NCBI RefSeq assembly: GCF_044704955.1
Contig: NC_091999.1
Coordinates: 48,794,001 to 48,858,000, forward strand
Direction: 5' to 3'
DNA from: Pristiophorus japonicus
Lineage: Eukaryota
Length of the DNA: 64,000 bases
Positions 63,047 to 64,000 of the stretch are shown piece after piece (the stretch's first letter is position 1; the number at the start of each line of letters is the position of its first letter). The notes beneath the pieces are model-generated. The model saw only the letters and a program-made list of their open reading frames with translations. It ran no database searches and was not told the origin of the DNA. Position numbers and translations under genes: made by a program.

Positions 63047-64000
63047 ATTGTTTAATTAAACAGAGATTATTTCCCATGCTGCTCAGTGTTACCCGATTTA
63101 CATCTGTTGCATTTGCATGTTTCGGTGATACTCTGAGCAGATAATGAAATGTATCTGTGTCGCTCAGTCTCTGCCTCTCTCTTTCGAAAGCTGTGTCTGT
63201 GTTTGAGTCTTTGTCTCTCGAAGTCTGCCTCTGTCTCGTTCTCACTGTGTCCAATTCTGTTCCAAAGGGATTCTCTCTCTCTGACCGTCTCTCTATTTCC
63301 CATCATCTCTGTCTGTGTTGGACCCTGTCTCTAGCCTGATGAGTCATTCCATCATTTTCTGTTCTTATTTCTGTGTGTGTCTCTCTCTCTCTATCTGTCT
63401 TTCTCTCTATCTGTCTCTGTCTTTTTCTTGTCATTCCATCACTATTTGCCTCCCTCTCTTTATAGAGCACGCAAACACATCTCTGTGTATGTAAGTATTT
63501 GAGTCTTTGTCTCACTCAGTCTGACCCTCCCTCTCAGTCTAAAACTTTCTGTCTCTCTCTGTCTCTATCTCGCTGTCTGTCTCTCCCTGTTTCCCTGTTT
63601 GTCTCTGTCGCTCAATGTGTCTGTCTCTTTCTCACGGTGTCCAGTTCTGTTCGAATGGGATTCTCTCAATCACTCTGTCTGACTGTCTCTCTTTTTCCCA
63701 TCATCTCTGTCTGTCTATGTTTCTGCCTATCTGTCTCTCTTTGCCTGTCGCTGTTAGTTCCTGTCTCTAAACTGCTGAGTATTTCCATCATTGTCTGTTT
63801 ATATCTTTGTCTCTCTCTCTATCTGTCGCTCTCTCTCTATCTGTCTCTGTCCTTGTCACTGTCATTAACACTGTCTTTGTCTCACTCTTTCCCTCTCTCT
63901 CTTTATAGAGCACACACACATATCTCTGTATATGTATGTGTTTGAGTTTTTTTCTCACTGCGTCTGCCTCTCCTTCTGAGTCTCACACTTTCTGTCTCTC

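Larger units (their letters stand above)
51170..64000 (+). repeat. Tandem array of tRNA-gene units (~2.3-3.3 kb, about 4.4 units in the window)
   Basis: Recurring order Leu - CT-rich spacer - Asp - (Leu) - Ser - (CR1 fragment) - SINE fragment. Unit starts at ~51170, 53470, 56440, 59570 and 62845. Confidence 0.9.

Noticed and set aside
56779-63945. Leu/Ser/Cys-rich hydrophobic ORFs in the tRNA array
   Set aside because: Translations of (CT/GT)-rich low-complexity spacers.

Overview
Repeat-rich vertebrate genomic DNA, almost certainly from a cartilaginous fish (shark-type IgM constant exons, CR1/L2/RTE LINEs, Deu-type tRNA-SINEs). It has three zones. (1) 1-45.7 kb is a birth-and-death cluster of C2H2 zinc-finger (ZNF) genes with no effector domain in their finger exons: one truncated by a stop codon, one with an open 9-finger ORF, one frameshifted, plus relics. 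It also holds CpG-island promoter modules, a ~5.5 kb segmental duplication, many VNTRs, a near full-length RTE LINE and a decayed LTR element whose envelope resembles a paramyxovirus F protein (lokiretrovirus-like). (2) 46-50.7 kb is an orphan IgM heavy-chain constant region on the minus strand. Cmu2, Cmu3 and Cmu4 plus the secretory tail are open with intact splice sites. Cmu1 survives only as a rearranged remnant, the tailpiece Cys is replaced by Tyr, and I saw no V/D/J or TM exons in the window. (3) 51-64 kb is a decaying tandem array (2.3-3.3 kb units) of tRNA-Leu/Asp/Ser genes or pseudogenes. All protein and RNA identifications come from manual translation and recalled family motifs; no searches were run.
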